This document shows positions 39,062 to 48,398 of a DNA stretch of 64,000 bases, piece after piece. Positions within the stretch are counted from its first letter, which is position 1. Each line of letters starts with the position of its first letter. A program made the position numbers and the translations under genes. A model generated the notes under the pieces. That model worked only from the letters and a program-made list of their open reading frames with translations. It searched no databases and was not told where the DNA came from. This DNA is from an uncultured Erysipelotrichaceae bacterium (lineage in GTDB: Bacteria > Bacillota_I > Bacilli_A > Erysipelotrichales > Coprobacillaceae), in assembly GCA_910588075.1 (NCBI GenBank), contig CAJUOS010000006.1, positions 127 to 64,126 on the forward strand, written 5' to 3'.

Positions 39062-39684
39062 TATGCTTTGAACCATTATTAAAAGAAATATCCTTTGTCC
39101 ATATCATTAAATCATTACCTGTTTGTTCTCATTGTTTAAAACAATTTAAAATTCTTAATATTCATATTTTATTCCATCATTATCCTTTGCAAATACTCTA
39201 TTTATACAACACATTTTTTCAATCATTATTATATCAATACAAAGGTCTATATGATTATGCTTTAAAAGATACATTTCTATGTTTATTTTCTGATGAACTG
39301 ATAAAAAAATATTCAGATTATGTGATAGTAGTAGCCCCAAGTTCTCAAGAAGATAATCTTGTAAGAGGCTTTGCTCCTATGGAAATGATAGCAAAGACAA
39401 TTCATCAAAATGTATTTACAGGATTATATAAAAAAGAAAAGTATAAACAAAGTGATTTAAGGTATCAAGATAGAAAGAAAATGAAAGAAAAGATAGGGAT
39501 AAAAAATGGTAAACAGTTAAAGGGTAAGAAAATATTAATTTTAGATGATGTAATTACATCAGGAAACACACTTTTGACTTGTTTATCTTTAGTGTTATTG
39601 CAAAAACCTCAATGCGTAGAATTACTTGTTCTTTCAACAAAGAAAGATATAGAAGTTTTATCATTTGATGAAGGAGAAAAATAA
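39019..39684 (+). CDS. comFC: ComFC-like phosphoribosyltransferase-fold protein
   Basis: CLIC...CSHC zinc ribbon plus PRTase loop ILILDDVITSGNT. The start is uncertain; it overlaps comFA by 43 nt. Confidence 0.75.
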   Translation: MYQNNQKTQSNECLICFEPLLKEISFVHIIKSLPVCSHCLKQFKILNIHILFHHYPLQILYLYNTFFQSLLYQYKGLYDYALKDTFLCLFSDELIKKYSDYVIVVAPSSQEDNLVRGFAPMEMIAKTIHQNVFTGLYKKEKYKQSDLRYQDRKKMKEKIGIKNGKQLKGKKILILDDVITSGNTLLTCLSLVLLQKPQCVELLVLSTKKDIEVLSFDEGEK

Positions 39685-39868
39685 AATTTCTCCTTCTTTA
39701 TAAAAGAAAATTATACATTTTTCTACATATTAATTGAAATATAGATATTTTCAAATGAAGTGAATATATAAATATATGATAAAAATAAAAGTATCGACAA
39801 GATGTGAGGGATTCTTTAATAAATATTACATATAATGGAATTGACCATGAAGTAAAGGAGTGTTACAA

Positions 39869-40066
39869 ATGCAAGGAAAAGTAAAATGGTTTAATGCTGA
39901 AAAAGGGTTTGGATTCATTGATAGAGGAGAAGGTAAAGATATTTTTGTACATTACAGTCAAATTGTCCAAGATGGATATAAATCTTTGAATGAAGGTGAA
40001 TTGGTAGAGTTTGAACTTTATCAAAGTGACAGAGGTTTACAAGCAAAACATGTTGTCAAGATTTAG
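39869..40066 (+). CDS. Cold-shock protein (CspA family)
   Basis: [17 protein letters not shown]...DIFVHYS carries the RNP1 and RNP2 motifs. Has the long AT-rich 5' leader typical of csp genes. Confidence 0.95.
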   Translation: MQGKVKWFNAEKGFGFIDRGEGKDIFVHYSQIVQDGYKSLNEGELVEFELYQSDRGLQAKHVVKI

Positions 40067-40096
40067 AAACAAGGGAGACTTGTTTCTTTTCTTTTT
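40066..40096 (+). terminator. Rho-independent terminator
   Basis: Stem GAAACAAG/CTTGTTTC followed by a T-rich tail. Confidence 0.75.
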
Positions 40097-40238
40097 AGTG
40101 GATATTATAAAATTTGTTTAATAAATGGAGTCTATTTCTCATAAAAAGCTAAAATAAGAGTTGTTTATCCTCTTTGTTTTATAAAAATAGTATGATATAA
40201 TGTATAAAGTTTTAGTATGCATGAAAGGAGAATTATTC

Positions 40239-42881
40239 ATGGCAAGTAGAAAACAACAAATTAGAAAACAATTAAAAAAGAAAGAAGCAAAAGAAATAGA
40301 AGAATTAGGACTTAATACTGATATAGAAGTTGTTGATTTAAATGATGACTTAGGTGAAGATATTGAAGTTGAAACATTTGAAGATAGTACAAGTTTATCA
40401 GTTAAACCATTGGAATTTAATACAACACCACAAAAGACAAAAAAAGGTTTCTTTGGTTCTATTAAAAGTGCTTTTTCACAAGATAATAAGATATTAAAAA
40501 AATTAGAAAAACAAGCTCAAGAAGTTTTAGATTTAGAAACAAAATATCAAAGTATGAGTGATGAAGAATTAGCACATCAAACAGATCTATTAAGAGAAAA
40601 ATTATCTCAAGGAAGTACATTGGATGATATTTTAGTTGAAGCCTTTGCAACAGTTAGAGAAGCTGCATTTAGAAGATTAGGATTAAAAGCATTTAAAGTT
40701 CAAATTATGGGAGCAATTTCTTTACATAATGGAGATATTGCTGAAATGAAAACAGGAGAAGGAAAAACTTTAACTTCTATTTTTCCTGTGTATTTGAATG
40801 CTTTAGATGGTAAAGGTGTACATGTTGTTACAGTTAATGATTATTTAGCAGAACGTGATAAAACTGATAATGGAAAGGTTTTTGAGTTTTTAGGATTAAC
40901 TGTTGGTTTAAATAAACGAGAACTTTCAAATGATGAGAAGAGAGAACAACATAGTTGTGATGTAACTTATACAACAAATGCTGAACTTGGTTTTGATTAC
41001 TTGAGAGATAATATGGTAACACGTTTAGAAGATAAAGTTTTAAGACCTCTTAATTATGCTTTAGTTGATGAGGTTGACTCAATTTTAATTGATGAATCTA
41101 GAACACCATTGATTATTTCTGGAGGGAAGAAAAATACAGCTGCTTTATATGTACAAGCAGATAAATTTGTAAAATCATTAAGAGAAGAAAAAGATTTTGA
41201 AGTTGATATAGAAAGTAAGACAGTAACATTAACTTCTGAAGGTATTGCAAAAGCAGAAAAAGGATTTAAACTTAATAATTTATATGATCCTGAACATACT
41301 TCATTAGTACATCATATTAATCAAGCTTTAAAAGCTAATTATACAATGACAAGAGATGTTGAATATATGATAGCAACTGAAGATGGTAGTCGTGATATTC
41401 GAAATGCAAGTATTATGATTATTGATCAGTTTACAGGGCGTGTTATGCCAGGGCGTGCATATAGTGATGGATTACATCAAGCTCTTGAAGCTAAAGAGGG
41501 TGTTCCAATTAAAGAAGAAACTGTTACGCTTGCAACAATTACTTATCAAAATTTCTTTAGATTATTTAATAAATTAGCAGGTATGACAGGAACTGCTAAA
41601 ACAGAAGAAGAAGAGTTTAGAACAATCTATAATATGCGTGTTATTGAAATACCTACAAATAGACCTGTTATTAGAGATGATAAACCAGACTTAGTTTATG
41701 CTAAACAAAGTGTAAAATATAAAGCCATATGTGATGAAGTTGAAAAACGTCATGCTTATGGACAACCTATTTTGTTAGGGACTGTTTCAGTAGAAACATC
41801 TGAATTATTAAGTCGTATGTTAAATAAACGTGGTATTAAACATAATGTACTGAATGCTAAAAATCATGCAAAAGAAGCATTGATTATTGAAAAAGCAGGT
41901 GTTAAAGGTGCTGTTACTATCGCAACAAATATGGCAGGACGTGGAACTGACATTAAATTAGGTGAAGGTGTTGCTGAAATAGGTGGTTTAATGGTTATTG
42001 GTAGTGAAAGACATGAATCTAGACGTATTGATAATCAGTTAAGAGGGCGTTCTGGGCGTCAAGGAGATCCAGGATGTTCATTATTCTTTGTTTCCTTTGA
42101 AGATGAATTGATGCAAAGATTTGCTAGTGAAAGAATTCAACAGTTTACTGGTTTCTTAGAAGATGAAGCTATTGAAAGTAAAATGGTTACAAAATCAATC
42201 GAAGGAGCACAAAAACGTGTTGAAGGACAAAACTTTGATATTCGTAAACAACTTCTTCAATATGATGATGTTATGAGACAACAACGTGAAATCATGTATA
42301 AAGAACGTGATGATATTATGTCACAAGATGATTTGGCTGATATTGTTAAAGGAATGTTTGAACAATCTATTGAACATACTGTCAGAAAATTCACAAAACA
42401 TGATGGTAAACAAGATGTTGTTGATGTTGATGGTGCATTAAGTTATATATCTAAAAATTATATGTTATTGGCAACGTTAGTGGCTAAAAATAAGAATTCA
42501 ATAGAAAATGAACCTCAAAAACTTATGAATAGTTTATCTGAGATTACTTTCTTACAATATCAAAATAGATTTAATAAAGACTTACCTGCTGAAATTAAAC
42601 TTGATTATGAAAGAAGAGTTTTATTAGGTGTAATTGATCATACATGGATTAATCATATTGATGCAATGCAAAAATTGAGAAATGGAATTTATTTAAGAGC
42701 ATATGCACAAAAAGATCCATTACAAGAATATACTGAAGAAGCATTCTATATGTTTGAGGAAATGACAAAATCAATTTCTGAAGATATTACAAGAAATATT
42801 GTTCATATGGGTATTGCTCCTGGAAGTGAACAAGAGAAAGAAATTCCTTCTGTTCAAATAGAATTGGAATTTAATGATTAA
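40239..42881 (+). CDS. secA: Preprotein translocase ATPase SecA, with a ~70-aa N-terminal extension and no C-terminal zinc finger
   Basis: Motifs MKTGEGKTL, DEVDSILIDE and TNMAGRGTDI. Start at ATG 40239, behind AAAGGAGA. The canonical N-terminus (GFFGSIKSAF..NKILKKL) begins about 70 aa in. Confidence 0.9.
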   Translation: MASRKQQIRKQLKKKEAKEIEELGLNTDIEVVDLNDDLGEDIEVETFEDSTSLSVKPLEFNTTPQKTKKGFFGSIKSAFSQDNKILKKLEKQAQEVLDLETKYQSMSDEELAHQTDLLREKLSQGSTLDDILVEAFATVREAAFRRLGLKAFKVQIMGAISLHNGDIAEMKTGEGKTLTSIFPVYLNALDGKGVHVVTVNDYLAERDKTDNGKVFEFLGLTVGLNKRELSNDEKREQHSCDVTYTTNAELGFDYLRDNMVTRLEDKVLRPLNYALVDEVDSILIDESRTPLIISGGKKNTAALYVQADKFVKSLREEKDFEVDIESKTVTLTSEGIAKAEKGFKLNNLYDPEHTSLVHHINQALKANYTMTRDVEYMIATEDGSRDIRNASIMIIDQFTGRVMPGRAYSDGLHQALEAKEGVPIKEETVTLATITYQNFFRLFNKLAGMTGTAKTEEEEFRTIYNMRVIEIPTNRPVIRDDKPDLVYAKQSVKYKAICDEVEKRHAYGQPILLGTVSVETSELLSRMLNKRGIKHNVLNAKNHAKEALIIEKAGVKGAVTIATNMAGRGTDIKLGEGVAEIGGLMVIGSERHESRRIDNQLRGRSGRQGDPGCSLFFVSFEDELMQRFASERIQQFTGFLEDEAIESKMVTKSIEGAQKRVEGQNFDIRKQLLQYDDVMRQQREIMYKERDDIMSQDDLADIVKGMFEQSIEHTVRKFTKHDGKQDVVDVDGALSYISKNYMLLATLVAKNKNSIENEPQKLMNSLSEITFLQYQNRFNKDLPAEIKLDYERRVLLGVIDHTWINHIDAMQKLRNGIYLRAYAQKDPLQEYTEEAFYMFEEMTKSISEDITRNIVHMGIAPGSEQEKEIPSVQIELEFND

Positions 42882-43996
42882 TGGAATTATATGAAATAAA
42901 AAATGGGCTTGAAAAAGCCCGTTTATTACTCAATGAGTTATCTATTTCAATAAATATTGATGCTTTAAAGAGAGAAATTGAAGGATTAACAGTTCAAACA
43001 TTAGAAGAAGATTTTTGGAGTGATCAAGATCACGCTAAAAAAGTATATGATCAATTAAATGAAATGAAAAAAGTTGTAGATGTTTATGAAGAATTAAATG
43101 TTTTACTAGATGAATTAAATGAAACATATGAATATGTTAAAGAAACAAATGATCAAGATTTTAAAGAAGCATTGGATCAAGATTATGCTACTTTTGAAGA
43201 AAAATTAGAAGATTTTGAAAAAACATTATTATTTGCTGAAGAATATGATCATCATAATGCTATATTGGAAATTCATCCTGGAGCAGGAGGAACAGAATCA
43301 CAAGATTGGGCAGCAATGTTGATGCGTATGTATCAACGTTATGGTGATAAAAAAGATTGGAAAATAGAAGTATTAGATTATTTAGATGGTGAGGAAGCTG
43401 GATTAAAATCTGTAACAATGCGTTTTGTTGGTTATAATGCTTATGGACATCTAAAAGCTGAAAAAGGGGTTCATAGATTAGTACGAATTTCACCTTTTGA
43501 TTCATCTAAAAGGAGACATACATCATTTGCCTCAGTAGATGTTATGCCAGAGTTTAATAATGATATTCAGATTGAAATTGATCAAAATGATATTAGGATT
43601 GATACATATCGTGCCTCTGGAGCAGGAGGGCAACATATTAATAAAACAGATTCAGCTATTCGTATTACGCATATTCCAACCAATATTGTTGTTACTTGTC
43701 AATCTCAAAGATCACAAATTCAAAATAGAGAACAAGCAATGATTATGTTGAAATCAAAGCTATATCAAAGAATGTTAGAGGAACAAGCTTCTAAATTGAG
43801 TGATATTAAAGGAGAACAAAAAGCGATTGAATGGGGTAGTCAAATTCGTTCATATGTACTTCATCCTTATTCGTTAGTTAAGGATAATCGTAGTGGATAT
43901 GAAAGCAATAATCCTAAGAATATATTAGATGGAGATTTAGATAATTGTGTTTATGCTTATTTAAAATCGATGGTAAAGGAAGATGTAGATGAATAA
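42881..43996 (+). CDS. prfB: Peptide chain release factor 2, uninterrupted (no +1 frameshift site)
   Basis: SPF tripeptide (RISPFDS) and GGQ (GAGGQHINKT). The ATG overlaps the secA stop (TAATG). Confidence 0.9.
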   Translation: MELYEIKNGLEKARLLLNELSISINIDALKREIEGLTVQTLEEDFWSDQDHAKKVYDQLNEMKKVVDVYEELNVLLDELNETYEYVKETNDQDFKEALDQDYATFEEKLEDFEKTLLFAEEYDHHNAILEIHPGAGGTESQDWAAMLMRMYQRYGDKKDWKIEVLDYLDGEEAGLKSVTMRFVGYNAYGHLKAEKGVHRLVRISPFDSSKRRHTSFASVDVMPEFNNDIQIEIDQNDIRIDTYRASGAGGQHINKTDSAIRITHIPTNIVVTCQSQRSQIQNREQAMIMLKSKLYQRMLEEQASKLSDIKGEQKAIEWGSQIRSYVLHPYSLVKDNRSGYESNNPKNILDGDLDNCVYAYLKSMVKEDVDE

Positions 43997-44864
43997 TGTT
44001 GTTAAATTTTTAAGGGATAGTATTTTAGTTATTATTGGAAATGCTGTTTTAGCATTTGGTTATGCTGTTTTTGCTATACCTTCAAATTTAATTGTAGGAG
44101 GAGCAACAGGATTATCACTTATTGGAGAACATTTTTTATCAATCAATTATTCAACAATTGTTTTTGTAATTAATATGTTGATGTTAGTGTTAGGATATTT
44201 TGTTTTAGGAAAGAAATTTGCGGTTGGTACAGTATTAAGCTCATTTCTTTTTCCGTTCTTTCTTGCTTTATTTGAGACGATTCCACAATTTCAAAATATA
44301 ACAAATGATATGCTATTATCAGCTATTTATGCAGGAATCTTTTCAGGAATAGGATTGGGAATTGTATTTAGATTAGGTTATAGTACAGGTGGGATGGATG
44401 TTCCACCATTGATTATTCATAAAAAAATGGGTGTTTCATTAACACTAGCTATTAATACAGTAGATGTTATTATTTTAATAGGACAAGTTTTCTTTACTAA
44501 TTTTGAAGGTATTTTATATGGAGTGATTACAGTTTTTATTACTTCATTTGCTATTGATAAAGTTAGTTTTTTAGGAGAAAAGAATTTACAAGTCCTAGTT
44601 ATTTCTAATAAACATGATCAAATAGCAGAAGCTATTTTTAATGAAATAGATCGTGGCTGTACTTTTGTGAATGTAACAACAGGCTATCTTCATGAAAAGC
44701 AACATGCAGTATTATGTGTCGCTAATAATCGTGAATATGCAAAAATAAATGATTTGGTAATGAGTATTGATCCTACTGCTTTTATTATTGGAAGTGAGAT
44801 TCATAGTGTAAAAGGAAGAGGATTTACTTTACCTAACATAGATATTGATAAAACAGATATATAA
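43989..44864 (+). CDS. YitT-family membrane protein (with DUF2179-like C-terminal domain)
   Basis: Five or six TM segments with GGATG and GGMD motifs, plus a soluble C-terminal domain. Confidence 0.75.
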   Translation: MNNVVKFLRDSILVIIGNAVLAFGYAVFAIPSNLIVGGATGLSLIGEHFLSINYSTIVFVINMLMLVLGYFVLGKKFAVGTVLSSFLFPFFLALFETIPQFQNITNDMLLSAIYAGIFSGIGLGIVFRLGYSTGGMDVPPLIIHKKMGVSLTLAINTVDVIILIGQVFFTNFEGILYGVITVFITSFAIDKVSFLGEKNLQVLVISNKHDQIAEAIFNEIDRGCTFVNVTTGYLHEKQHAVLCVANNREYAKINDLVMSIDPTAFIIGSEIHSVKGRGFTLPNIDIDKTDI

Positions 44865-44929
44865 ATTACAAATATGATAACAATGATTTATCATATTTTT
44901 TAATTTAATAGTATAAAAGAGAAGGAAAT

Positions 44930-45127
44930 TTAACTTTCCTTCTCTTTCATTTCTGCATAAAGTTCAATATATCCACAATGATTACAAACAGCAGCTTTAA
45001 TTGGATATTGTTTCTTCTTCAAATTTTCATCTTTAACAATTACAGTAAAATCACTAATAGGTTGAGCAGAATCAATAAGATAGCAATCTTCTGACATTTC
45101 ATGATGACATCTAGGACATTTTTTCAT
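44930..45127 (-). CDS. Small zinc-ribbon protein
   Basis: CPRC...CNHC. Start at MKKCPRC, behind GAGGTG. The longer ORF-track version overlaps the ftsE promoter and start and is discounted. Confidence 0.55.
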   Translation of the reverse strand: MKKCPRCHHEMSEDCYLIDSAQPISDFTVIVKDENLKKKQYPIKAAVCNHCGYIELYAEMKEKES

Positions 45128-45252
45128 ATAATTTATTTCACCTCTTATTTCTATTATACATAATATTTTTTTGAAAACAAATATCAAAAATACTATAATT
45201 TCCATTTTATATGTCAAAATATATGTTATAATAGGGAAAGGAGTGTGATATA

Positions 45253-45945
45253 ATGATAAAACTTGAAAATGTAACAAAAATATATAAAACAGGTGTAAGA
45301 GCCATTAACAATATGAATGTAGATATTGGTCCAGGTGAATTTGTTTATGTTATTGGACCTACTGGGGCAGGGAAGTCAACTTTTATTAAGTTATTATATA
45401 GAGAAGAAAAAGCAACATCTGGTTTAGTTGTTGTGGCAGGAAAAGATGTTTCTAAAATTAAAAATCGTAAAGTTCCTTATTTTAGAAGAAATATAGGAGT
45501 TGTATTTCAGAATTATAGACTTTTACCTAAAAAAACAGTTTTTGAAAATGTTGCTTTTACTTTAGAAGTAACAGATACTCCTAAATTAGAAATCAGAAAA
45601 AAAGTAAGAAGAACTTTAGAATTAGTTGGATTAGAAGATAAAGCAAATGCATTTCCTCATGAATTATCTGGTGGTCAACAACAACGTGTTGCGATTGCAA
45701 GAGCTATTGTTAATAGTCCTAAAGTTTTAATTGCTGATGAACCTACTGGGAATCTTGACCCTGAAACATCAATAGAGATTATAGAGTTATTAGAAAGAAT
45801 TAATGAAGTTGATCATACAACTGTTTTAGTTGTTACTCATGATAAAGAGATTGTTCAAAAGTATAAGAAAAGAACAATTTTAATTGAAGATGGATGTATT
45901 AAGACTGATACAAGTACAGGAGGTTATTTCAATGGAACTCATTAG
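45253..45945 (+). CDS. ftsE: Cell-division ABC ATPase FtsE
   Basis: Walker A GPTGAGKST, LSGGQQQR, ADEPTGNLD. Followed by ftsX. Confidence 0.9.
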   Translation: MIKLENVTKIYKTGVRAINNMNVDIGPGEFVYVIGPTGAGKSTFIKLLYREEKATSGLVVVAGKDVSKIKNRKVPYFRRNIGVVFQNYRLLPKKTVFENVAFTLEVTDTPKLEIRKKVRRTLELVGLEDKANAFPHELSGGQQQRVAIARAIVNSPKVLIADEPTGNLDPETSIEIIELLERINEVDHTTVLVVTHDKEIVQKYKKRTILIEDGCIKTDTSTGGYFNGTH

Positions 45946-46837
45946 TTGTATTAAAAACTTTCCAAAACATTGTAAAACAGCGATTCAAAATATTTGGAGA
46001 AATGGCGTTATGTCAATTTCTTCTATCTTTGCTGTTACAATTACATTAGTGCTTATTGCTGTTATTGGTGTTGTAGCCATTAATATTCAAGATATGACAT
46101 ATGATATAGAAGAAAGTTTAACAATTTATGTAAAGATGGATCGTGAAGTTAAGGATTCAAAAGCAAAAGATATTCAACCTGATATTGAAGCAATTGAAGG
46201 GGTAAAAAAAGTAGAATTTTCTTCTAAAGATGATGAATTAAATAAATTAATTGAATCTCAAAATGATGATGGGAAAAAATTATTTGAAACATATCGTAAG
46301 AATAATCCTTTAGGTGCAGCTTATGTTGTTGAAGTTAAAGATACAAAACAATTAGATAGTATTGCACAAAAAATCCAAGAATTAGATCATGTGAATGAAG
46401 TTAATTATGGAGGAGAATCAACATCTTCTTTAGTAAGTAGTTTAGAATCAATTAGAAATGGTGGAGCTATTTTTGTAGCAGCATTGACAGTGATTGCATT
46501 ATTCATGATTGCTAATACAATAAAAATTACAATTACATCAAGACAAACAGAAATTAGTATTATGCGTATGGTTGGAGCAAGTAACTGGTTTATTCGTTTG
46601 CCTTATATGTTAGAAGGAATTTTTATTGGAATTATTGGTGCTATTATACCTGTATTAGTATTATATTTTGGCTATACAACAGTTTTTAATAGTGCAAGAG
46701 ATATTTTACCAGCAATGATGACATTAAGAGCGCCATTCCCATTTATTTGGCAATGTACAGGCATTCTTGTTGGTTTAGGTAGTGGTGTTGGTTTAATTGG
46801 AAGTTTTGTTTCAGTAAGAAAATTTTTGAAATTTTAA
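45932..46837 (+). CDS. ftsX: Cell-division ABC permease-like protein FtsX
   Basis: One TM segment, an extracellular domain and three C-terminal TM segments. AGGAGG RBS. Overlaps ftsE by 14 nt. Confidence 0.85.
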   Translation: MELISCIKNFPKHCKTAIQNIWRNGVMSISSIFAVTITLVLIAVIGVVAINIQDMTYDIEESLTIYVKMDREVKDSKAKDIQPDIEAIEGVKKVEFSSKDDELNKLIESQNDDGKKLFETYRKNNPLGAAYVVEVKDTKQLDSIAQKIQELDHVNEVNYGGESTSSLVSSLESIRNGGAIFVAALTVIALFMIANTIKITITSRQTEISIMRMVGASNWFIRLPYMLEGIFIGIIGAIIPVLVLYFGYTTVFNSARDILPAMMTLRAPFPFIWQCTGILVGLGSGVGLIGSFVSVRKFLKF

Positions 46838-46864
46838 AAGAATACATATATGAATGAAATGATA

Positions 46865-46893
46865 AAGTAGACATATTGATGTTTACTTTTTTA
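46865..46893 (+). terminator. Rho-independent terminator
   Basis: Stem AAGTAGACAT/ATGTTTACTT (with one G-U pair) followed by TTTTTT. Confidence 0.7.
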
Positions 46894-47005
46894 TTTAAGA
46901 TCTTTTTTAGTATTTAAAGGAAAGTTATGGGTTAATTATATTATCTATGATATAATTAATTTATCTACTTAAAGTATAAAGTATTAATAATATGAAGGTG
47001 CAAGA

Positions 47006-47195
47006 ATGAGATCTTTTTGTGAGTTAATAACAAATTATTGTGTGAAATATAATTCATATAGAAGATGCTAATGCTTTAAGGTTTGGGATAGAATTGATTA
47101 TAACTCAAATCATAACTATTGGGACAATTCTTTAAATAGGTTTAACAATAAGTGATATAAAACAATGTCTCCTTTTTTGTATATGCTTTTATTGA
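47006..47195 (+). pseudogene. Possible agrB-like remnant (N-terminal ~65 codons; frameshifted, one internal stop, truncated)
   Basis: Frame 1 reads MRSFCELITNYCVKYN..; the +1 frame continues IEDANALRFGIELIITQIITIGTIL*IGLTISDIKQCLLFCICFY*. The pattern (I..Y..K.N.I..ED....YGIE.LI) resembles AgrB N-termini. RBS GAAGGTG. Recognised from memory only. Confidence 0.35.
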
Positions 47196-47320
47196 AAACA
47201 ACAGATAGTAAAAAAATGTTTCAAAGATAAATAATAGATGTTATGAATAGAATTGGTATACAAAAGATTGTGAATTAAAAAACAGAAAGACCTGTAATAT
47301 TATTTATTGTTTCTTTTAAA

Positions 47321-47473
47321 GGTAGTTTATATGGAAATCATTTTGTTATGACATATAGGTATGTAAAATATAATGGAGTATTATGGTTTAAAGCATATGA
47401 TAATTGGAGTGGCAATAAAAATCGAGGATGGATTAATAGAAATTGGATTCAAGATGGAATTTATTTGAATTAG
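47321..47473 (+). pseudogene. Possible C-terminal remnant of an SH3b/GW-like wall-binding domain
   Basis: A 50-codon open stretch, GSLYGNHFVMTYRYVKYNGVLWFKAYDNWSGNKNRGWINRNWIQDGIYLN, with a stop immediately upstream and no convincing start or RBS. Confidence 0.3.
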
Positions 47474-47486
47474 GCAGGTGGAAATT

Positions 47487-48029
47487 ATGAATAAAAAGAA
47501 TATTTCAATATTTGTTATTATAGTTATTTTTATTGGTTATGTCATTTATTCGATGTTTTGGATGGGACCAGGAACTTCTCCAATATCATATGTGAATATT
47601 CAAGAATTTGAAAAAAGTGAAAATGTAAAAGTTCATCATTTTTATGATATTGAAGAATATATAATGAATGATAAGAAAGAATTATTGATTGATTCTTCTA
47701 AGAAGTTTCATATAACTGGAAAAACACCTCAAAGTCAATATGTTTCTTATGGTATTGAAACAGAAGATCTATCTTCTTCATATAGTTTTACTACAGATAA
47801 TTCAACTTCTATTGTAGATAATAAGATTATGGAAACTCATATTGGGAATGGAGTATTTTATCAATATCATTATAAAGATAATGATGATAAGGATACAGTA
47901 TATATTGGACAATATATAACAAATGATTTTAATTATACTATTAAAATCATTTGTAATCATTTAGAAGAAAAGATGGTTGAAAAGAAAATGATAGATTATA
48001 TTAAGCTTGTTGAAAATATAAAGTCATAA
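47487..48029 (+). CDS. Hypothetical membrane-anchored (N-terminal TM) protein
   Basis: ATG behind AGGTGG. One TM segment followed by a ~150-aa soluble domain. Confidence 0.55.
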   Translation: MNKKNISIFVIIVIFIGYVIYSMFWMGPGTSPISYVNIQEFEKSENVKVHHFYDIEEYIMNDKKELLIDSSKKFHITGKTPQSQYVSYGIETEDLSSSYSFTTDNSTSIVDNKIMETHIGNGVFYQYHYKDNDDKDTVYIGQYITNDFNYTIKIICNHLEEKMVEKKMIDYIKLVENIKS

Positions 48030-48106
48030 AGGGATAAAGATAAAAGCGGGAACGCAAAGTATTATTATAGGACATTTGAAACACAAAGACCTGTTTCATA
48101 AATAAT

Positions 48107-48280
48107 ATGAAAAATAATAATTTTGGAAAATTAATTATCTTTATTCTTATAATAATAGTTTATAGTTTTTTAATGAGTTTGTTTCTAAAATATAATTTGT
48201 CATTTGTTGAATATTGTGGAATTGGCATAATTATTGCTATACCATTTTTAGTATTGATCCGATATATTGAGAAGAGATAG
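48107..48280 (+). CDS. Small two-TM membrane protein (57 aa)
   Basis: MKNNNFGKLIIFILIIIVYSFLMSLFLKYNLSFVEYCGIGIIIAIPFLVLIRYIEKR. Followed directly by a strong terminator. Below the ORF-track cutoff. Confidence 0.4.
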   Translation: MKNNNFGKLIIFILIIIVYSFLMSLFLKYNLSFVEYCGIGIIIAIPFLVLIRYIEKR

Positions 48281-48286
48281 ATAAAG

Positions 48287-48323
48287 CTCTTTTAACAGTT
48301 TTGCTTGTTAAAAGAGTTTTTTA
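48287..48323 (+). terminator. Rho-independent terminator
   Basis: 11-bp stem CTCTTTTAACA/TGTTAAAAGAG followed by TTTTTT. Confidence 0.8.
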
Positions 48324-48398
48324 TAAACATAATATTATGTATATGAATATAGAATACTGTATAATGATTATTGATATTGAAGAAATGTGGTGGAGTGT

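Noticed and set aside
42881-42990. Looked for the programmed +1 frameshift site (CUU UGA C after an SD-like element) usual in prfB
   Set aside because: The RF2 reading frame is continuous from its ATG, with no in-frame UGA near codon 25. Frameshift-less prfB genes are known in a sizeable minority of bacteria, so this is not remarkable. It does confirm that UGA is a stop codon here.
46932-46960. 10-bp AT-only inverted repeat TTAATTATAT-N8-ATATAATTAA upstream of the agrB-like remnant
   Set aside because: Pure A/T palindromes of this size are expected by chance at this base composition, and there is no associated intact gene.
47275-47300. Repeated AACA(G/C)AAAGACCTGT at about 47281 and about 48068, considered as ends of a small mobile element
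   Set aside because: It is only ~15 nt. There are no flanking target duplications, no inverted termini and no transposase, so it is compatible with chance in AT-rich intergenic DNA.
48030-48106. GGGAACGCAAAGUAUUAUUAUAGGAC, resembling the GGGACGCAAAGC..GGGUC core of a c-di-GMP-I riboswitch, upstream of the 57-aa membrane ORF
   Set aside because: The 5' half of the aptamer (the GCAAACC and GAAA-capped hairpin) is absent, and the closing helix cannot be drawn. At best it is a degenerate fragment. It would need cmsearch to revive it.
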